NCBI GenBank assembly: GCA_963827475.1 | Contig: CAWHAZ010000004.1 | Span: forward strand, 201,312 to 265,311 | Source of the DNA: an uncultured Chloroflexia bacterium | Lineage (GTDB): Bacteria; Chloroflexota; Limnocylindria; QHBO01 | Reading direction: 5' to 3' | DNA: 64,000 bases | Shown here: in pieces, positions 62,698-64,000 of the stretch | Numbering within the stretch: the first letter of the stretch is position 1 | How the letters are laid out: every line of letters begins with the position of its first letter | Notes under the pieces: generated by a model | Database searches by the model: none | Seen by the model: the letters and a program-made list of their open reading frames with translations, nothing else | What the model was told of the DNA's origin: nothing | Position numbers and translations under genes: made by a program

Positions 62698-64000
62698 TTA
62701 CCGGCGGCGAACGACTCCCAGGTTCGCCACAGCCAGGGCGCCGAGCGAGCCGATGAGCAGGACGGCGAAGCCGATCGCGATCCAGGAGCTCTCCGGTCCT
62801 GGCTGGGCCGTCGCCGCGTCGGGCAGCGAGGGCGCCGGGGTCGGGGTGCGAAGGCGCCGACGATGACCGAGAACGTGCCGGTCGCGGTATGGCCGACCGC
62901 ATCGGTGGCGGTGCAGGTCACCGTCGTGGTGCCGACCGGGAAGGTCGAGCCCGAGGCCGGCAGGCAGGCCACCGTGGCCGCGCCACCCTGCTCGTCGGTA
63001 CCGGCGGGCGGGGTGTAGGTCACCACCGCGCCGGCGGCCGAGGTGGCCGGCACCGATGACGTTGGCATGGGCCGCCACGGTCGGCGGCTGGGCCTCATAG
63101 GCGCCGATGTCGCACAGCGGCTGGACGGGGCAGGCCGCGCTGGTCGAGGGCGTTGACCGGCGCCGCCGCACAGGTCGCGCCGGTGCCGGTATCGATCGCC
63201 GGGTTGCCGGCCACCAGGGCCAGGGCGATGGTCTGGGTCGGGCCGCCGTTGTCGGCCAGCCCGGCCGGGACGAGGATGCCGGTAGAGGCGCCGAGATGCT
63301 GGTGGTCATCGTCTCGAGAACGAAGTCGACGTCGGGCTGGCCGGTGCGATGTTGCCGGCGATAATTGCGTTCACCACGGTCTCCGTGCCAGTTGCGTAGA
63401 TACCGCCGCCAGTGGCTCCCCGCCGGGCCGTGTTGCCGCTGATCGTCGAGTTGGTGACGGTAAGCGCGGAGTCGACGAAGTTGGCGATACCCCCGCCGAA
63501 GGCGGCGCGTTGCCGCTGATCGTCGAGTTCGTGACGGTCGGGCGCGTTGGAATCCGCCGAGGGCGACGGCGTGTTGCCGCTGATCGTCGAGTTCGTGACC
63601 GTCGCGGTGGCGCCCACGCCGATGGCGATGCCGCCGCCGACGCTGCCGCCAGCGCCTGTTGCCGCTGATCGTCGAGTTGATAACGGAAGGGGCGCCGATG
63701 TTGGCGATGCCGCCGCCGGCTGCCGCCAGCGCTGGTGTTGCCGCTGATCGTCGAGTTGGTGACGTAGGGCGCCGTCATCGTTGAAGATGCCGCCGCCGTC
63801 GACGTCGACGCCAACAGAGCCCCCAGTGATCGTGAGTGCCGACAGGGTGAGCGACCCGCCCGCCACGACGGTGAAGACCCGGGTGACTCCGTTGCCGCTG
63901 ATGGTGACCACGCCAGCGCCGTCGATGGTGAGGTCGGTCGTGATGCTGGGCAGCGCAGAGCTCAAGAGCACCGTGCCGGAGACGCTGAACGTCATCTGAT
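62698..64000 (-). CDS. Surface protein: beta-helix/choice-of-anchor-Q-like + HYR domain + LPDAATA-TM-RRR signal (5'-truncated, frameshifted)
   Basis: GGGI.N..TVTNSTISGN repeats, LADNGGPT.T.AL..G.PAID, CDIGAYE, C.PASGSTFPVGTTTVTCTATD. Confidence 0.8.

Noticed and set aside
63371-63775. Repeated TTGCCGCTGATCGTCGAGTT as a CRISPR-like array
   Set aside because: These encode the NSTISGN beta-helix repeats of the surface protein; spacing is irregular and there are no cas genes
6463-64000. Widespread frameshifts as programmed frameshifting, phase variation or mass pseudogenisation
   Set aside because: Indels are scattered single bases across unrelated genes, I noticed no in-frame stops or slippery tracts, and motifs are intact. 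Uncorrected long-read error is most likely; raw reads are needed to confirm

Overview
High-GC bacterial chromosomal segment. Gene style and a secretin-less Tad locus suggest a monoderm, probably Chloroflexota/Limnocylindria-like organism (inference). Many accessory genes are split by 1-nt indels, most likely long-read assembly errors, so several coordinates are approximate reconstructions. Layout: (1-4.7 kb) murA-mreB-PHP-flippase-like genes and an XRE regulator. (4.7-27.1 kb, minus strand) a DegS/DegU-like pair, a Flp pilin missed by the ORF track, cpaB-cpaE-cpaF-tadB-tadC, an OmpR-type two-component system, three TadE-TadE-TadG minor-pilin modules, DUF192, comF and hpf. (24.4-50.2 kb) about 13 GT-C-fold membrane glycosyltransferase-like genes (GT87/DUF2029-like and GT39-like), an FAD oxidoreductase, an O-antigen-ligase-like TPR protein, a phosphoesterase and a STAND adenylate cyclase. 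(50-61 kb) a Phd/RelE-type TA pair followed by two orphan SMI1/KNR4 genes, GT4, VOC, a methyltransferase, ArsR-SRPBCC-VOC-DUF1801, pcm and small proteins. (61-64 kb) two unrelated secreted proteins sharing a C-terminal LP[DN]AATA-TM-RRR signal. Best candidates for an undescribed system: a DegS/DegU-like-controlled Flp/Tad (competence?) pilus with switchable tip modules next to a very large GT-C glycosylation island, and a possibly new C-terminal sorting signal. No rRNA, tRNA, CRISPR array or transposase was recognised.
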